From Verrucomicrobiota bacterium (GTDB lineage Bacteria; Verrucomicrobiota; Verrucomicrobiia; Palsa-1439): DNA of 64,000 nucleotides. The DNA is taken from NCBI GenBank assembly GCA_003164675.1, contig PLTX01000034.1, positions 9,680 through 73,679 of the forward strand, given 5' to 3'. The notes beneath the pieces are model-generated. The model was not told the DNA's origin. It saw nothing but the letters and a program-made list of their open reading frames with translations, and ran no database searches. Positions within the stretch are counted from its first letter, which is position 1. The number at the start of each line of letters is the position of its first letter. The position numbers were made by a program, and so were the translations under genes. Positions 1 to 9,082 of this stretch are shown here, piece after piece.

Positions 1-351
1 TGGTGTTCGTGCGGAGTTGATAGGCTTTGAAATTGTAATAGATTTTTGAACCGCCGGCCAGCGCCGTGTACAGGACGGACGAGTTGCGGATCTCAGCCGT
101 ACCAGGATAGCCCTGAGCCCCTGCCGTAACCCGGGGGCCTGCGGTCCACGGGTAAGCTCCGTTGTCGTCCTTGTAATGCTCCAAGGCCATTTCCATCGTG
201 GCAATCTCGGCCTGCCCTCGCGAAATAGCGGCCTTGGTGAGGGCATACTTCGCCACGCCGACTGTCAGCGCCGTCAGCGTCGCAATGATGATCACGACCA
301 CCAGCATCTCGATGATCGTAAAACCGGCAGGGGAAGAGTTCCGAAGGTTCA
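1..351 (-). CDS. Prepilin-type N-terminal cleavage/methylation domain protein (type II secretion/type IV pilin-like pseudopilin); 3' end runs off the window
   Basis: Minus-strand translation reads VNLRNSSPA|GFTIIEMLVVVIIIATLTALTVGVAKYAL, the classic G|FT(L/I)IE leader-peptidase motif followed by a hydrophobic helix. A GTG start lies near 351. Missed by the ORF track because it is truncated by the window edge. Confidence 0.6.
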
Positions 352-578
352 CCCCAAAAGCTTCCGGGTAGGGGGAACTGCGATCCTTTCGGATCCTCGG
401 CACCCCTGACGTCCGCTTCTCGCCCTCGGCCCTCCAGCCTCTTTCCCCCGCCGCATTTTTTCCTGTTTCCGCCTTCATCAATTTCGTTTCCGCCGCCCTG
501 TTGTAGTCACGGCGCTCTGTCGCCGTGTCAAAACGCGCCCCGGCAGAGCGGGGCGGCTACACGGCCGACCCTTCTCAT

Positions 579-860
579 TTATCTATTTCCCCGATCGCGC
601 AATTCGTCCTCCATCCGCTCGCTGATCCATTGTTTGATCATGCTTTGATAATTCAAATACCGCGAACGCGCCAGGCGTTTAATTCGCGCCAGCATCCGCG
701 GATCCATCCGCAACGTAATGGTCGTCGACTCGGATTGGTCCGTGCCCACCACCGACCGCTCCATCAACTTCGAGTCGAGCCGATGCAATTGCCAAAACTT
801 GGCCTCGTCGTGCTCGCACACAAACTGCGGTATCTCTTCCCATTCCGTTACGACGTCCAT
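579..860 (-). CDS. brnA: BrnA-like antitoxin (RHH/CopG-type, COG3514), partner of BrnT
   Basis: 93 aa lying immediately downstream of the BrnT gene and overlapping it by 13 nt. The C-terminal region TITLRMDPRMLARIKRLARSRYLNYQSMIKQWISERMED resembles the BrnA ribbon-helix-helix family. Confidence 0.55.
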   Translation of the reverse strand: MDVVTEWEEIPQFVCEHDEAKFWQLHRLDSKLMERSVVGTDQSESTTITLRMDPRMLARIKRLARSRYLNYQSMIKQWISERMEDELRDRGNR

Positions 861-1132
861 TCCGACACCTTCCTGCTGTAAAAATAATCCTCTTCCTCGG
901 TCATCTGTCTGGACCCGATCACGCGCACACGCTTGCCATCCGAACGAAATACGTTGAAAATCCCGCGTCCAGTCAGGGTTCGACCCAGAGAGAATGCCCG
1001 CGACTCCTTCGCGAACCGCCCGGAATCGGGAATCATGCGGATGCCGAGGGGGTCCTCGAACGACTCTTCGATCTCGCGAAGCGTCGGCGAGTCTTTTGGA
1101 TTGAATGGCGGATCTGACCAGTCAAATTCCAT
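848..1132 (-). CDS. brnT: BrnT toxin (DUF497/COG2929 ribonuclease toxin)
   Basis: 94 aa. MEFDWSDPPFNPKDSPTLREIEESFEDPL...RVRVIGSRQMTEEE matches the BrnT/DUF497 pattern (MEFEWDxxK...HGVSFEEA...RIISARxATxxE). Confidence 0.7.
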   Translation of the reverse strand: MEFDWSDPPFNPKDSPTLREIEESFEDPLGIRMIPDSGRFAKESRAFSLGRTLTGRGIFNVFRSDGKRVRVIGSRQMTEEEDYFYSRKVSEWTS

Positions 1133-1160
1133 ACTCAGTACCCATATTGTATGTACAATG

Positions 1161-1180
1161 TCTTGACAATCCTGTCAAGA
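1161..1180. promoter_or_regulatory. Perfect 8-4-8 palindrome tcttgaca-atcc-tgtcaaga upstream of brnT; candidate antitoxin operator overlapping a TTGACA -35-like hexamer
   Basis: Read directly from the sequence. It lies about 30 bp upstream of the brnT start on the coding side. Confidence 0.3.
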
Positions 1181-1299
1181 TGGATCATAGTCAAATATGA
1201 AAAATTGCTTCTGAGTTGCGTGCCTGGCATGAGCAATGTCACGACAAATAACGAACAAGGATCGTCCTTGACGAACCCCACGAGGGCGCGTAGTTAGGG

Positions 1300-2097
1300 A
1301 TGTCGCAGCGTTGGAAGGACACGATGCAAACCACCAAGAATCATCGCTCTCGAGGTTTCACACTGATTGAACTTCTCACGGTCATCAGCATTATCGGCAT
1401 TCTGGCTGCCATGCTGATGCCCGCACTGAGTAGCGCTCGCGAAAGGGGAAAACAAGTCGCGTGCGCGGCCAATCTTCACCAGATCGGCATCGCGATTCTG
1501 GTGTATTCGGGCGATTACCAAAACCACACCCCCCCCGCGTTTCAAATGATCAACGGAGCAACTCTCACGTGGTACAAGGCACTGATCACCAACAGCTACG
1601 CAACAGCGAAAGTCTTCCAGTGTCCCGATGATCGGCGGTTTCAGACAGTGCAGAACGGCCAGACCATCACACCCCGTTCCTACGCAATGGTCATCGGCTA
1701 CGGAAACGGAAGTACATACCAGCAGAATTACTGGATTGGCGGCTCGCGGCTGACTTGCCCGTGGCTGACAAATAGCTCGGTCGCGGTCGTCGCGGAATAC
1801 TATTCGGACAACGTCAAGCCCTTTGTCGAAGACCAGGGCACCATCAGCCCCTTCGTAACGAGTTCGCTTGAGAATTTCAATGGTACTACTCAAGTCCCCC
1901 CTTGGTCGAAGCATGTAAATGACTCGACGCATCTAAAGGGCAATTACCTCTTTCTGGATGGCCATGTGGAATTTGTAAACGGCCTAATAGGACCTGGGTC
2001 ATATGGGCCACCCCCGAGCGACCCGCTTGCGGCCCAAATGTTCCCGGCAGTTCCGGTGGCATCAGGGGCTCCCACTCCCTATACTCCCTGCCCGTAA
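1300..2097 (+). CDS. Prepilin-type N-terminal cleavage/methylation domain protein with DUF1559/H-X9-DG-like C-terminal motif (PVC-type pseudopilin family)
   Basis: ...KNHRSRG|FTLIELLTVISIIGILAAMLMPALSSARE (pilin leader plus helix). The C-terminus THLKGNYLFLDGHVEFV is a H-Xn-DG motif. An alternative start is the ATG at 1324. Confidence 0.7.
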   Translation: MSQRWKDTMQTTKNHRSRGFTLIELLTVISIIGILAAMLMPALSSARERGKQVACAANLHQIGIAILVYSGDYQNHTPPAFQMINGATLTWYKALITNSYATAKVFQCPDDRRFQTVQNGQTITPRSYAMVIGYGNGSTYQQNYWIGGSRLTCPWLTNSSVAVVAEYYSDNVKPFVEDQGTISPFVTSSLENFNGTTQVPPWSKHVNDSTHLKGNYLFLDGHVEFVNGLIGPGSYGPPPSDPLAAQMFPAVPVASGAPTPYTPCP

Positions 2098-2269
2098 CGG
2101 CTGGCAGCGTCGGCGGACATTTCCAACTGAGCGTTCCTGACATTTCGGATATTCGATCCTCTCACTGCATGGCCAATTTCGGCCTTATTCTCCCGCTTGA
2201 ACTCTCGAAAAGCCCGTTTTTCCTGCCTTGTAAGCCCGTGGCATGACGAGTGCTAAATTCAATACCCAC

Positions 2270-2626
2270 ATGAAGATTTTGATTGCTGACGATACTGATT
2301 CGGTCCGATTTGCCTTGCGTCTGGCCCTCGAATACCTCGGCCACGAGGTCGTTGGCTTCGCCTGCGATGGTCACGAAGCCATTGAAAAATATGCCAGCAT
2401 GCGCCCGGATTTGGTCGTCATGGATGTCCGCATGCCCCGCATGGATGGCCTCACCTGCACCTCCTTGCTTTCCAAGAGCGACCCGTCCGCCAGGGTCGTC
2501 GTCGTCACCGGCAGCCGCACCACCGAAAGCGAAGCCCGCGAAGCCGGCGCCCGCGGCTTCCTCGAAAAACCCTTCGACGTCAGCGATCTCGATCGCGCCA
2601 TCCACTGCGCGTTGGCCGCCGCCTAG
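2270..2626 (+). CDS. Single-domain response regulator (CheY-like receiver)
   Basis: MKILIADDTDSVRFALRLALEYLGHEVVGFACDGHEAIEKY...DLVVMDVRMPRMDGL..K has the receiver-domain hallmarks (DD, D-phosphorylation site, K). The ORF opens at 2243 but the canonical start is MKILIADD at 2270. Confidence 0.7.
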   Translation: MKILIADDTDSVRFALRLALEYLGHEVVGFACDGHEAIEKYASMRPDLVVMDVRMPRMDGLTCTSLLSKSDPSARVVVVTGSRTTESEAREAGARGFLEKPFDVSDLDRAIHCALAAA

Positions 2627-2654
2627 CCGCACAAATCCTTTTTTTCTCGCCACA

Positions 2655-2670
2655 CCACACACCTGTGTGG
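2655..2670. promoter_or_regulatory. 16-bp palindrome ccacaca-cc-tgtgtgg 14 bp upstream of the lexA start; candidate LexA operator (non-E. coli type)
   Basis: A perfect inverted repeat read from the sequence, positioned where autoregulatory SOS boxes usually sit. Confidence 0.3.
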
Positions 2671-2683
2671 TATCGCTGTCCCC

Positions 2684-3304
2684 GTGCCAGAACCACTGAC
2701 TCCCCCGCAGCAAAAGCTGCTCACGTACATTCTCGACAGCATCCGCGGCGCCGGTCGTCCCCCGACCGTCCGCGAAATCTGCCACGCCTTCGGCTATCGC
2801 TCGACGGGAACCGCCCGCGACCATCTCCGCGCCCTCGAGACGAAAGGCCACCTCAAAAAACTTCCCGGCAAATCGCGCGGCCTCGTCCCGCGCAACTGGC
2901 CGGACATCCTCCAGGAAAAATTCCCGCCCATGCCGATTCTCGGACGCGTTCCCGCCGGCGGCCCGTTGCTCGCCGAGGAAAACATCGAGGGCACGCTCGA
3001 TCTGTCCGAGGAATTCGCCGGCCAGAAGGTCTTTGCCCTCAAGGTCCACGGCGACTCGATGATCGACGCGGGGATCTGCGAGGACGACCTCGTGGTCGTC
3101 CGCGCCCAAAACCACGCCGAGCCGGGCGAGATCGTCGTCGCCCTCGTCGATGGCGAGTCCACAGTCAAGCGTCTGGCCCGCCGCAACGGAAAACTCTGGC
3201 TCCAGCCCGCCAACCCCCGCTACCAGCCGATCCCCGTCGAAGGCGACACGAAAGTGCTTGGCAAGGTCATCGGCGTCATCCGCAGCTACGAACGCAAGTT
3301 CTGA
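2684..3304 (+). CDS. lexA: LexA repressor (SOS regulator, S24 peptidase)
   Basis: 206 aa with a GTG start. The N-terminal winged HTH is LTPPQQKLLTYILDSIRGAGRPPTVREICHAFGYRST. A cleavage-site region and the catalytic Ser/Lys domain (GDSMIDAGI...VVALVDGESTVKRL) are present. Confidence 0.9.
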   Translation: MPEPLTPPQQKLLTYILDSIRGAGRPPTVREICHAFGYRSTGTARDHLRALETKGHLKKLPGKSRGLVPRNWPDILQEKFPPMPILGRVPAGGPLLAEENIEGTLDLSEEFAGQKVFALKVHGDSMIDAGICEDDLVVVRAQNHAEPGEIVVALVDGESTVKRLARRNGKLWLQPANPRYQPIPVEGDTKVLGKVIGVIRSYERKF

Positions 3305-3393
3305 ACGGTGTTGCCGAACGCCGCGCCCGTTTCACCGCTTGCGCAACCGACATGCCCGCCGTACTATCTTCCCCGAGGAAATCAATCCCGTTT

Positions 3394-4089
3394 ATGGAAA
3401 ACGAAATCATGACGCTCCGCGAGGTCGCCGAGTACCTCAAACTGAGCGAAAAAGCCGTCAGCCGCATGGCGCAGGAAGGCCGCATCCCCGCGCAAAAACT
3501 CGCCCGCCAGTGGCGCTTCCAGCGCGACCTGATCAACTCATGGATGATCGACCCCAACCGCGTGCCCGCCGACCAGCAGCAGTTGCCGCCCGAATCCACC
3601 GGCATGTCGCAACCCCTGACCGTGGCCAGTGTCATTACCCCCGCGCACATCAGCCTCAACCTCACCGCGCCCGACAAGAACGGCGTGCTCCGCGAGTTGT
3701 GCGCGCTCGTGATCGACCCGCGCGAGGAGCGGCTGTTTGAAACGCTCTTCCAGGCGCTCAAGTCCCGCGAAGACCTCTGCCCCACATGCGTCAGTGAAGG
3801 CGTCGCCATCCCGCACGCCCGCAACGCCCTCATCGGCCTCGTCGACAACCCTGTGCTCGCCTATGGACGCCACAACAAGGGTGTCGACTTTGGCGCGCTC
3901 GACGGCAAACCCGTGTACCATTTCTTCCTGCTCTGTGCCCCGAATGTGCGCCAACACCTGCGACTGCTCTCGCGCCTGTCCCGGCTGGTCAATAACACCA
4001 ACTTCCGCGCCCGGCTCATGACGGCGCAACAACCCGATGACATCATCGCGCTGATCAGCGAAGTCGAACCGACCATCCCCGGGGCCTGA
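3394..4089 (+). CDS. Fusion protein: excisionase/MerR-type HTH DNA-binding domain plus PTS EIIA type-2 (PtsN/EIIA-Ntr-like) domain
   Basis: N-terminus MTLREVAEYLKLSEKAVSRMAQEGRIPAQKLARQWRF is an HTH_17/excisionase-family domain. The C-terminal domain carries the EIIA-2 phospho-His signature GVAIPHAR. It is the in-frame downstream part of ORF 2665..4089; the upstream part overlaps lexA and is rejected. Confidence 0.65.
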   Translation: MENEIMTLREVAEYLKLSEKAVSRMAQEGRIPAQKLARQWRFQRDLINSWMIDPNRVPADQQQLPPESTGMSQPLTVASVITPAHISLNLTAPDKNGVLRELCALVIDPREERLFETLFQALKSREDLCPTCVSEGVAIPHARNALIGLVDNPVLAYGRHNKGVDFGALDGKPVYHFFLLCAPNVRQHLRLLSRLSRLVNNTNFRARLMTAQQPDDIIALISEVEPTIPGA

Positions 4090-4092
4090 CCC

Positions 4093-5079
4093 GTGCGCTT
4101 TCCGATCTATCGCCCGCGACGGCTGCGCCAAAACGCGAAACTCCGCGCGCTCGTCCGCGAGACCGAGTTGTCCGTCAGCGGCCTGGTGATGCCGCTGTTC
4201 GTGCGCGAAGGATCGCGCCTTCGCAAACCCATCAGCTCCATGCCCGGACAATTCCAGCTTTCCGTGGACGAACTCGTGAAAGAGGCCGGGCGGGCGGCAA
4301 AGCTCGGCGTGCCCGCGGTCATTCTGTTCGGTATTCCCGACAAGAAAGATGAGAAAGCGAGCGGGGCCTACGCGTCAAACGGCATCGTGCCGAAGGCGGT
4401 TCGCGCCCTGAAAAAAGAGTTGCCCGAACTCATCGTCATCTGCGACGTGTGCCTCTGCGAATACATGAGCCACGGCCATTGCGGCATCGTTCGCAAGACG
4501 GGCCGCAATTGGCAGATTGACAACGACGCTTCGTTGGACCTCCTCGCGAAATCCGCGCTGGCCTACGCCGAGGCCGGCGCCGACATCGTGGCCCCGAGCG
4601 ACATGATGGACGGACGCGTTGCCGCCATTCGCGCCACCCTCGACAAAACCGGTTTTCCCGGCACGCCGATCATGAGCTACGCCGCAAAATTCGCGTCGGC
4701 TTACTACGGCCCGTTCCGCGAAGCCGCCGAATCGCCGCCGCAATTCGGTGACCGGCGCACCTACCAGATGGATTACGCCAACGCCGACGAAGCCCTGCGC
4801 GAAGTCGCCCTCGACATCGAGGAAGGCGCCGACATCGTGATGGTCAAGCCCGCGCTCGGCTATCAGGACCTGATCTGGCGCGTGAAAGAGAAATTCCGTT
4901 ATCCCGTGGCGTGTTACAACGTCAGCGGCGAATACGCAATGGTCAAGGCCGCCGCGCAAAATGGCTGGCTCGACGAAAAACAGGTCGTCCTCGAAATGCT
5001 CACCGGTTTCCACCGTTCCGGCGCCGACATCATCCTCACCTACTGGGCCCAACAAGCCGCCCGGTGGCTGGCGGACTAG
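4093..5079 (+). CDS. hemB: Porphobilinogen synthase (delta-aminolevulinate dehydratase)
   Basis: 328 aa. RPRRLR...PLFV.EG...PISSMPG, the metal-site region [17 protein letters not shown] and the active-site Lys region are typical HemB. Confidence 0.9.
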   Translation: MRFPIYRPRRLRQNAKLRALVRETELSVSGLVMPLFVREGSRLRKPISSMPGQFQLSVDELVKEAGRAAKLGVPAVILFGIPDKKDEKASGAYASNGIVPKAVRALKKELPELIVICDVCLCEYMSHGHCGIVRKTGRNWQIDNDASLDLLAKSALAYAEAGADIVAPSDMMDGRVAAIRATLDKTGFPGTPIMSYAAKFASAYYGPFREAAESPPQFGDRRTYQMDYANADEALREVALDIEEGADIVMVKPALGYQDLIWRVKEKFRYPVACYNVSGEYAMVKAAAQNGWLDEKQVVLEMLTGFHRSGADIILTYWAQQAARWLAD

Positions 5080-5246
5080 AGCGGGTCTCAAAGACGGATC
5101 ATAAGGCCGGAGTACTGCTTGGTGTGGTAGATCGCCTCGTCACCGCGTCGTCCACACTGGCCAGGTATGCAGTGATTCGGGATTCAATCGAGCAGGCGAT
5201 GAGTGCCGCGTAGGACGCGCGAGGAAATCAGCCGGCGCGGCGCCGC

Positions 5247-5759
5247 CTACTTCATCTGGAAGAAGCTGTACGCGAACCACACGAGGGTGAGCACGGCGAT
5301 AAGTCCTAGGCCGAGCACCGCCCACACCACGCCCTTCGAGCCGCCGCCGCCGCGTGCTTTCCGTCCAAACGGCGAGGCCGAACCGAACGCCGGGGGAGGA
5401 CCTTCGGCTTTGCCCAACTCGGCGATGTCCACGCCCGCTTGCGATGGCGGTAACGGCTGACTTGTCTTCTTCAGGTCGGATTCGTAGCGCATCTCGACGG
5501 ATCCCACGCGGACCTGGTCGCCATTGGTCAGTTTCGTCTCGGCGATGCGCATGGTGTTAACGCGCGTGCCATTGGTGGAATTGAGATCGCGGAGCTTGTA
5601 ACCGTCGCCATCGAGCACAAACATCGCGTGATGATGCGAGACGGTACCGTCCTCCAGACGGATCTTGTTGTCCAACGCGCGGCCAACACCCACGCGTTCT
5701 TCCAGCAAATCAAAAACCTTCCCCTCCAATTGGCCCGACAGGATGTGCAATTTAGGCAT
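5247..5759 (-). CDS. FHA domain protein with C-terminal transmembrane anchor
   Basis: N-terminal FHA-like fold (GRALDNKIRLEDGTVSHHHAMFVLDGDGYKLRDLNSTNGTRVN), then a Gly-rich linker and the TM helix VVWAVLGLGLIAVLTLVWFAY. Confidence 0.6.
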   Translation of the reverse strand: MPKLHILSGQLEGKVFDLLEERVGVGRALDNKIRLEDGTVSHHHAMFVLDGDGYKLRDLNSTNGTRVNTMRIAETKLTNGDQVRVGSVEMRYESDLKKTSQPLPPSQAGVDIAELGKAEGPPPAFGSASPFGRKARGGGGSKGVVWAVLGLGLIAVLTLVWFAYSFFQMK

Positions 5760-6006
5760 TTATGCGCCTCTGGCGTATTCCGCATTCTTTGTGACAGCTA
5801 CCCCAACGTGACCCGCATGATGCTTGCTTGCCCCCGCCAAGTCAATTTTGATTTTTTGCGATTGCGTTTTCGTCCCGCGTGTATGAGGTTTCCTGAGACG
5901 GATGGACGCTTCTGGCGGAAACAGGCCCGGGCATTGGCTGTTGACCTTGAACGTCGGCTCGAACCGAGCGTCCAACTCCATGGAGGCGGAGGAACTGCTG
6001 TCGATT

Positions 6007-7170
6007 ATGAAGACAAAATCATTGATTTCACTGGGTGCAGCGCTGGTACTGCTGTCTCTGGCGGCCAGCGAGTCGAGCGCGGGCGTCAGCTGGTCGGTCG
6101 GCGTCTTCGACGGCCCGCTCGGAGCCTGCGGCCACTGGGTCAGCAGGCCGGGGTACGGACGTTGCTGGCACCCGGCGTACGTCTCGTCGAATTGGTACCC
6201 GTACTGCGAGGGCTACTGGATGTGGACGGACTGCGGCTGGTACTGGGTCAGCAGCGAACCGTGGGCTTGGGCCACGTACCACTATGGTCGCTGGGCGAAC
6301 GACCCCTACGAAGGCTGGGTCTGGGTGCCGGACACCGAGTGGGGCGCGTCCTGGGTCTGCTGGCGCGAAGGGGGCGGATATTGTGGTTGGGCGCCGCTGC
6401 CGCCCGGCGCGGTCTTTCGACCGGGGGGCGATATCGTCTACCGCAATGGTCCTGTTCCGGACCGGTTCTTTGTCTTCGTTGAACTCGGTCACTTCTCCGA
6501 ACCCATCCATCGACGCGGCGTGATCGTCAACAACACCGTCATCATCAACAAGACCGTCAACATCAACAGGACCACCCGCGTCAACAACGTGGTCGTCAAC
6601 GGCGGCCCGAAAGTGGACGAAATCCAAAAGGTCAGCGCCCGCAAATTGACCGAGGCGCCACCGCGCGCCGCCCTCGAACGCGCCGCCACGACCCGATCCA
6701 GAGGGACGTTGCCGCAAGTCATCAAACCAAACGCCAGCGAGCCCGGACGTGAACCGGCGAAGGTTGAGAAGGCCAGCAAAGGTGAGCCGGAGATCATTCG
6801 CAGCGGCACCGGCGAACGCGTGCATGAGAACAAGCAATCGGGGAATCAACGCGTCGAACCCCAACCGACCGTGTCCAAGCCGTCCGTCGAGAAATCGGAG
6901 CGTCCCGTGAAGGGCGAAGAGAAATCTTCAGGCAGGCCCCGATCCGATCAAGGCCAGCAGGGATCTCATCAGAATTTTGGCTCACGCGGCTCGTCGCGGT
7001 ATTCGCCCGCCGCGCCCGATTCCATTCAACCCCGTCAGCGTACCACTCGCGAGCCGACTCCGCAGAGTCAGCCGTCGCGGGAGCAACGGGCCACCGAAAA
7101 ACAATCCCAACCTGGCACGAACCAGGGTCGCGAAGAGACTCCGAAAAAAGGCCAACAGGGCGGGAATTAG
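6007..7170 (+). CDS. Secreted protein with Trp-rich YXWGXW/WXXGXW-type repeats and Lys/Glu/Pro/Ser/Gln-rich low-complexity tail
   Basis: Signal peptide MKTKSLISLGAALVLLSLAASESSA. Repeats include GYWMWTDCGWYWV, HYGRWANDPYEGWVWVPDTEWGASWVCW and VIVNNTVIINKTVNINRTTRVNNVVVNGG. The ORF opens at 5902 but the start at 6007 is preferred because it begins the signal peptide. Confidence 0.55.
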   Translation: MKTKSLISLGAALVLLSLAASESSAGVSWSVGVFDGPLGACGHWVSRPGYGRCWHPAYVSSNWYPYCEGYWMWTDCGWYWVSSEPWAWATYHYGRWANDPYEGWVWVPDTEWGASWVCWREGGGYCGWAPLPPGAVFRPGGDIVYRNGPVPDRFFVFVELGHFSEPIHRRGVIVNNTVIINKTVNINRTTRVNNVVVNGGPKVDEIQKVSARKLTEAPPRAALERAATTRSRGTLPQVIKPNASEPGREPAKVEKASKGEPEIIRSGTGERVHENKQSGNQRVEPQPTVSKPSVEKSERPVKGEEKSSGRPRSDQGQQGSHQNFGSRGSSRYSPAAPDSIQPRQRTTREPTPQSQPSREQRATEKQSQPGTNQGREETPKKGQQGGN

Positions 7171-7324
7171 GCGGCATCACATGCCTTGGGTGTCGTGGGA
7201 GGGCGAGGGTTTTCGGCGGGCCTTGACCTCCCAGTCTGTTTATGAAGGGTTGCGCGCACAAGAGCGCGCCCCAACCGAATTTCCTTTTGTTCTATGCGAT
7301 TTACTGCCATTTTATGCGCAACCC

Positions 7325-8176
7325 ATGGGAAAGAACTCCAGCATTGAGTGGACAGATCACACATTCAACCCATGGTGGGGCTGCGCAAAAGTTTCGCCTG
7401 CCTGTACCAACTGTTACGCCGAAGCGTGGTCACGGCGGGTGGGGGCCGACATCTGGGGCGCGGGCGCAAGTCGACGTTTCTTTGGCACAAAGCATTGGCA
7501 GGAGCCGCTAAAATGGAATGAAGATGCCAAGAGAGAAGGGCGTCACAAGCGTGTGTTTTGCGCCTCCATGGCCGATGTGTTTGAAGAGCGCCCCGACTTG
7601 CATGCCACTCGTCGAAAACTGTGGCAATGGATTCATCTGACTCCTTGGCTGGATTGGCTTCTGCTGACGAAGAGACCCGAGAACGTCGGTCTCATGGTTC
7701 CTTGGAAGGATAAGTGGCCTACGAATGTTTGGCTTGGTACTTCCGTCGAAAATCAGGAATGGGTTAAGCAGCGCCTTCCTCTACTGCTGACCTATCCAGC
7801 CCAATGCCGGTTCCTTTCTTGCGAGCCATTGCTGGGTTCTCTCGACCTTCGTGCATGGATCGAAAGCCGTCCGGCGAAACTGTATCCAATCAACTGGGTG
7901 ATTGCAGGAGGGGAGAGCGGCCCAGGTGCCAGACCAATGCTCCCGGGGTGGGCGAGGAACGTACGTGACCAGTGCCAAGCTGCTGGCATCCCGTTTCATT
8001 TCAAGCAATGGGGGCATTGGGCCCCTGTTTCGGCCCCGAAACGTGAGGGTCCACTAGTACGTAAATTCTGGGACGAAGTGGCGGGCATGGAAATCTTCAT
8101 GGCCGCAAAGGGGAAGAAGATTGCTGGACGCCGGCTAGATGGAATGACGTGGGATCAACTCCCCGTAACGGCATGA
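7325..8176 (+). CDS. DUF5131 (phage Gp37/Gp68 family, PF07505) three-Cys-motif protein
   Basis: MGKNSSIEWTDHTFNPWWGCAKVSPACTNCYAEAWSRR matches the family N-terminus (IEWTDxTWNPxxGC...S.xC.xCYAE). Later conserved WLLLTKRPEN and FLSCEPLLG are present. The ORF opens at 6977 but overlaps the previous gene; the start at 7325 is preferred. Confidence 0.75.
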   Translation: MGKNSSIEWTDHTFNPWWGCAKVSPACTNCYAEAWSRRVGADIWGAGASRRFFGTKHWQEPLKWNEDAKREGRHKRVFCASMADVFEERPDLHATRRKLWQWIHLTPWLDWLLLTKRPENVGLMVPWKDKWPTNVWLGTSVENQEWVKQRLPLLLTYPAQCRFLSCEPLLGSLDLRAWIESRPAKLYPINWVIAGGESGPGARPMLPGWARNVRDQCQAAGIPFHFKQWGHWAPVSAPKREGPLVRKFWDEVAGMEIFMAAKGKKIAGRRLDGMTWDQLPVTA

Positions 8177-9063
8177 GTGCTGAAGACTTTCTCTTTGAGC
8201 TTCCACCAGCCGATCTAAAGATCGCTGAAAGAAAGTTCAAAGAGCGCAACCCGATCTGGACGGGGTGCAAGGCGAGACTCATCGAGCGCTATCTTTTTTA
8301 CTTTGTTCAAATCACTTACCATGGGACTTACATCGACGCTTTTGCGGGGCCGCAAGAATGCGACAAACATGAGATGTGGTCGGCGAAACTCGTGATGGAA
8401 AGCTCGCCGAGGTGGCTGAAAAACTTCTTCCTTTTTGAACTCAAAGATTCGCAAGTGAAGTTGCTTAGGCAGATGTGCAATAGCCAGCCGCCCCCTGATA
8501 AGACGAAGAAGGAACCGAATCGAAAAATCAAAATCTATCCGGGGGACTTTAATCAGAACATCCTCATGATGCTGCGTGAGAATCCGATTCGAGATAAAGA
8601 AGCCACGTTCTGTCTGCTAGATCAGAGAACCTTCGAGTGCGACTGGGCGTCCGTCAAAGCCATTGCTGACCACAAACGGGGCGGAAACAAAATCGAGCTG
8701 TTTTATTTCTTTCCAGAGGGTTGGATCAACCGAAGCATGAAAGCGAAGAAAATTGACAAGGATGAAGCTCTCAAAAAATGGTGGGGTGATTCGTCTTGGC
8801 CCGAACTGATGAAGAGGCAAGGGGCTGTCCGCGCTCAATATGTTTGCGACCGATTTAAATCGGAACTGAAATACAAACACGTTTATCCATTTCCGATTTA
8901 TGAGAAACCCGACAAAGGCGGCAGAATCATGTATTACATGATACATACGTCAGACCACGACGAAGCGCCATTATTAATGAATCGTGCGTATGGAAAAGCC
9001 CTTGACATCAAAGAGACACCCGAACAACTGGATTTGCTGAAGGTTTCTCTCGCCAAGAATTGA
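8173..9063 (+). CDS. Probable three-Cys-motif partner protein (TcmP-like), partner of DUF5131
   Basis: 296 aa, translationally coupled to the DUF5131 gene by an ATGA overlap. GC is markedly lower than in the neighbours. It contains YIDAFAGPQ, resembling the TcmP (TIGR04474) family that is regularly found next to PF07505 genes. The assignment rests on synteny and size and no HMM was run. Confidence 0.45.
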   Translation: MSAEDFLFELPPADLKIAERKFKERNPIWTGCKARLIERYLFYFVQITYHGTYIDAFAGPQECDKHEMWSAKLVMESSPRWLKNFFLFELKDSQVKLLRQMCNSQPPPDKTKKEPNRKIKIYPGDFNQNILMMLRENPIRDKEATFCLLDQRTFECDWASVKAIADHKRGGNKIELFYFFPEGWINRSMKAKKIDKDEALKKWWGDSSWPELMKRQGAVRAQYVCDRFKSELKYKHVYPFPIYEKPDKGGRIMYYMIHTSDHDEAPLLMNRAYGKALDIKETPEQLDLLKVSLAKN

Positions 9064-9082
9064 TGCGCGACGCACCACTCTG

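Noticed and set aside
2162-3115. 317-aa minus-strand ORF
   Set aside because: Antisense to the response regulator and lexA. Low-complexity Gly/Ala/Asp-rich translation.
2665-3393. N-terminal 243 codons of the 474-aa ORF 2665..4089 (Arg/Pro-rich)
   Set aside because: Overlaps lexA, whose homology is strong, in another frame. Recognisable homology (HTH + EIIA) begins only at the ATG at 3394.
5628-6864. Overlapping ORFs 5628..6482(+), 6035..6523(+) and 6028..6864(-)
   Set aside because: Alternative frames or antisense of the secreted Trp-rich protein gene. Compositionally biased.
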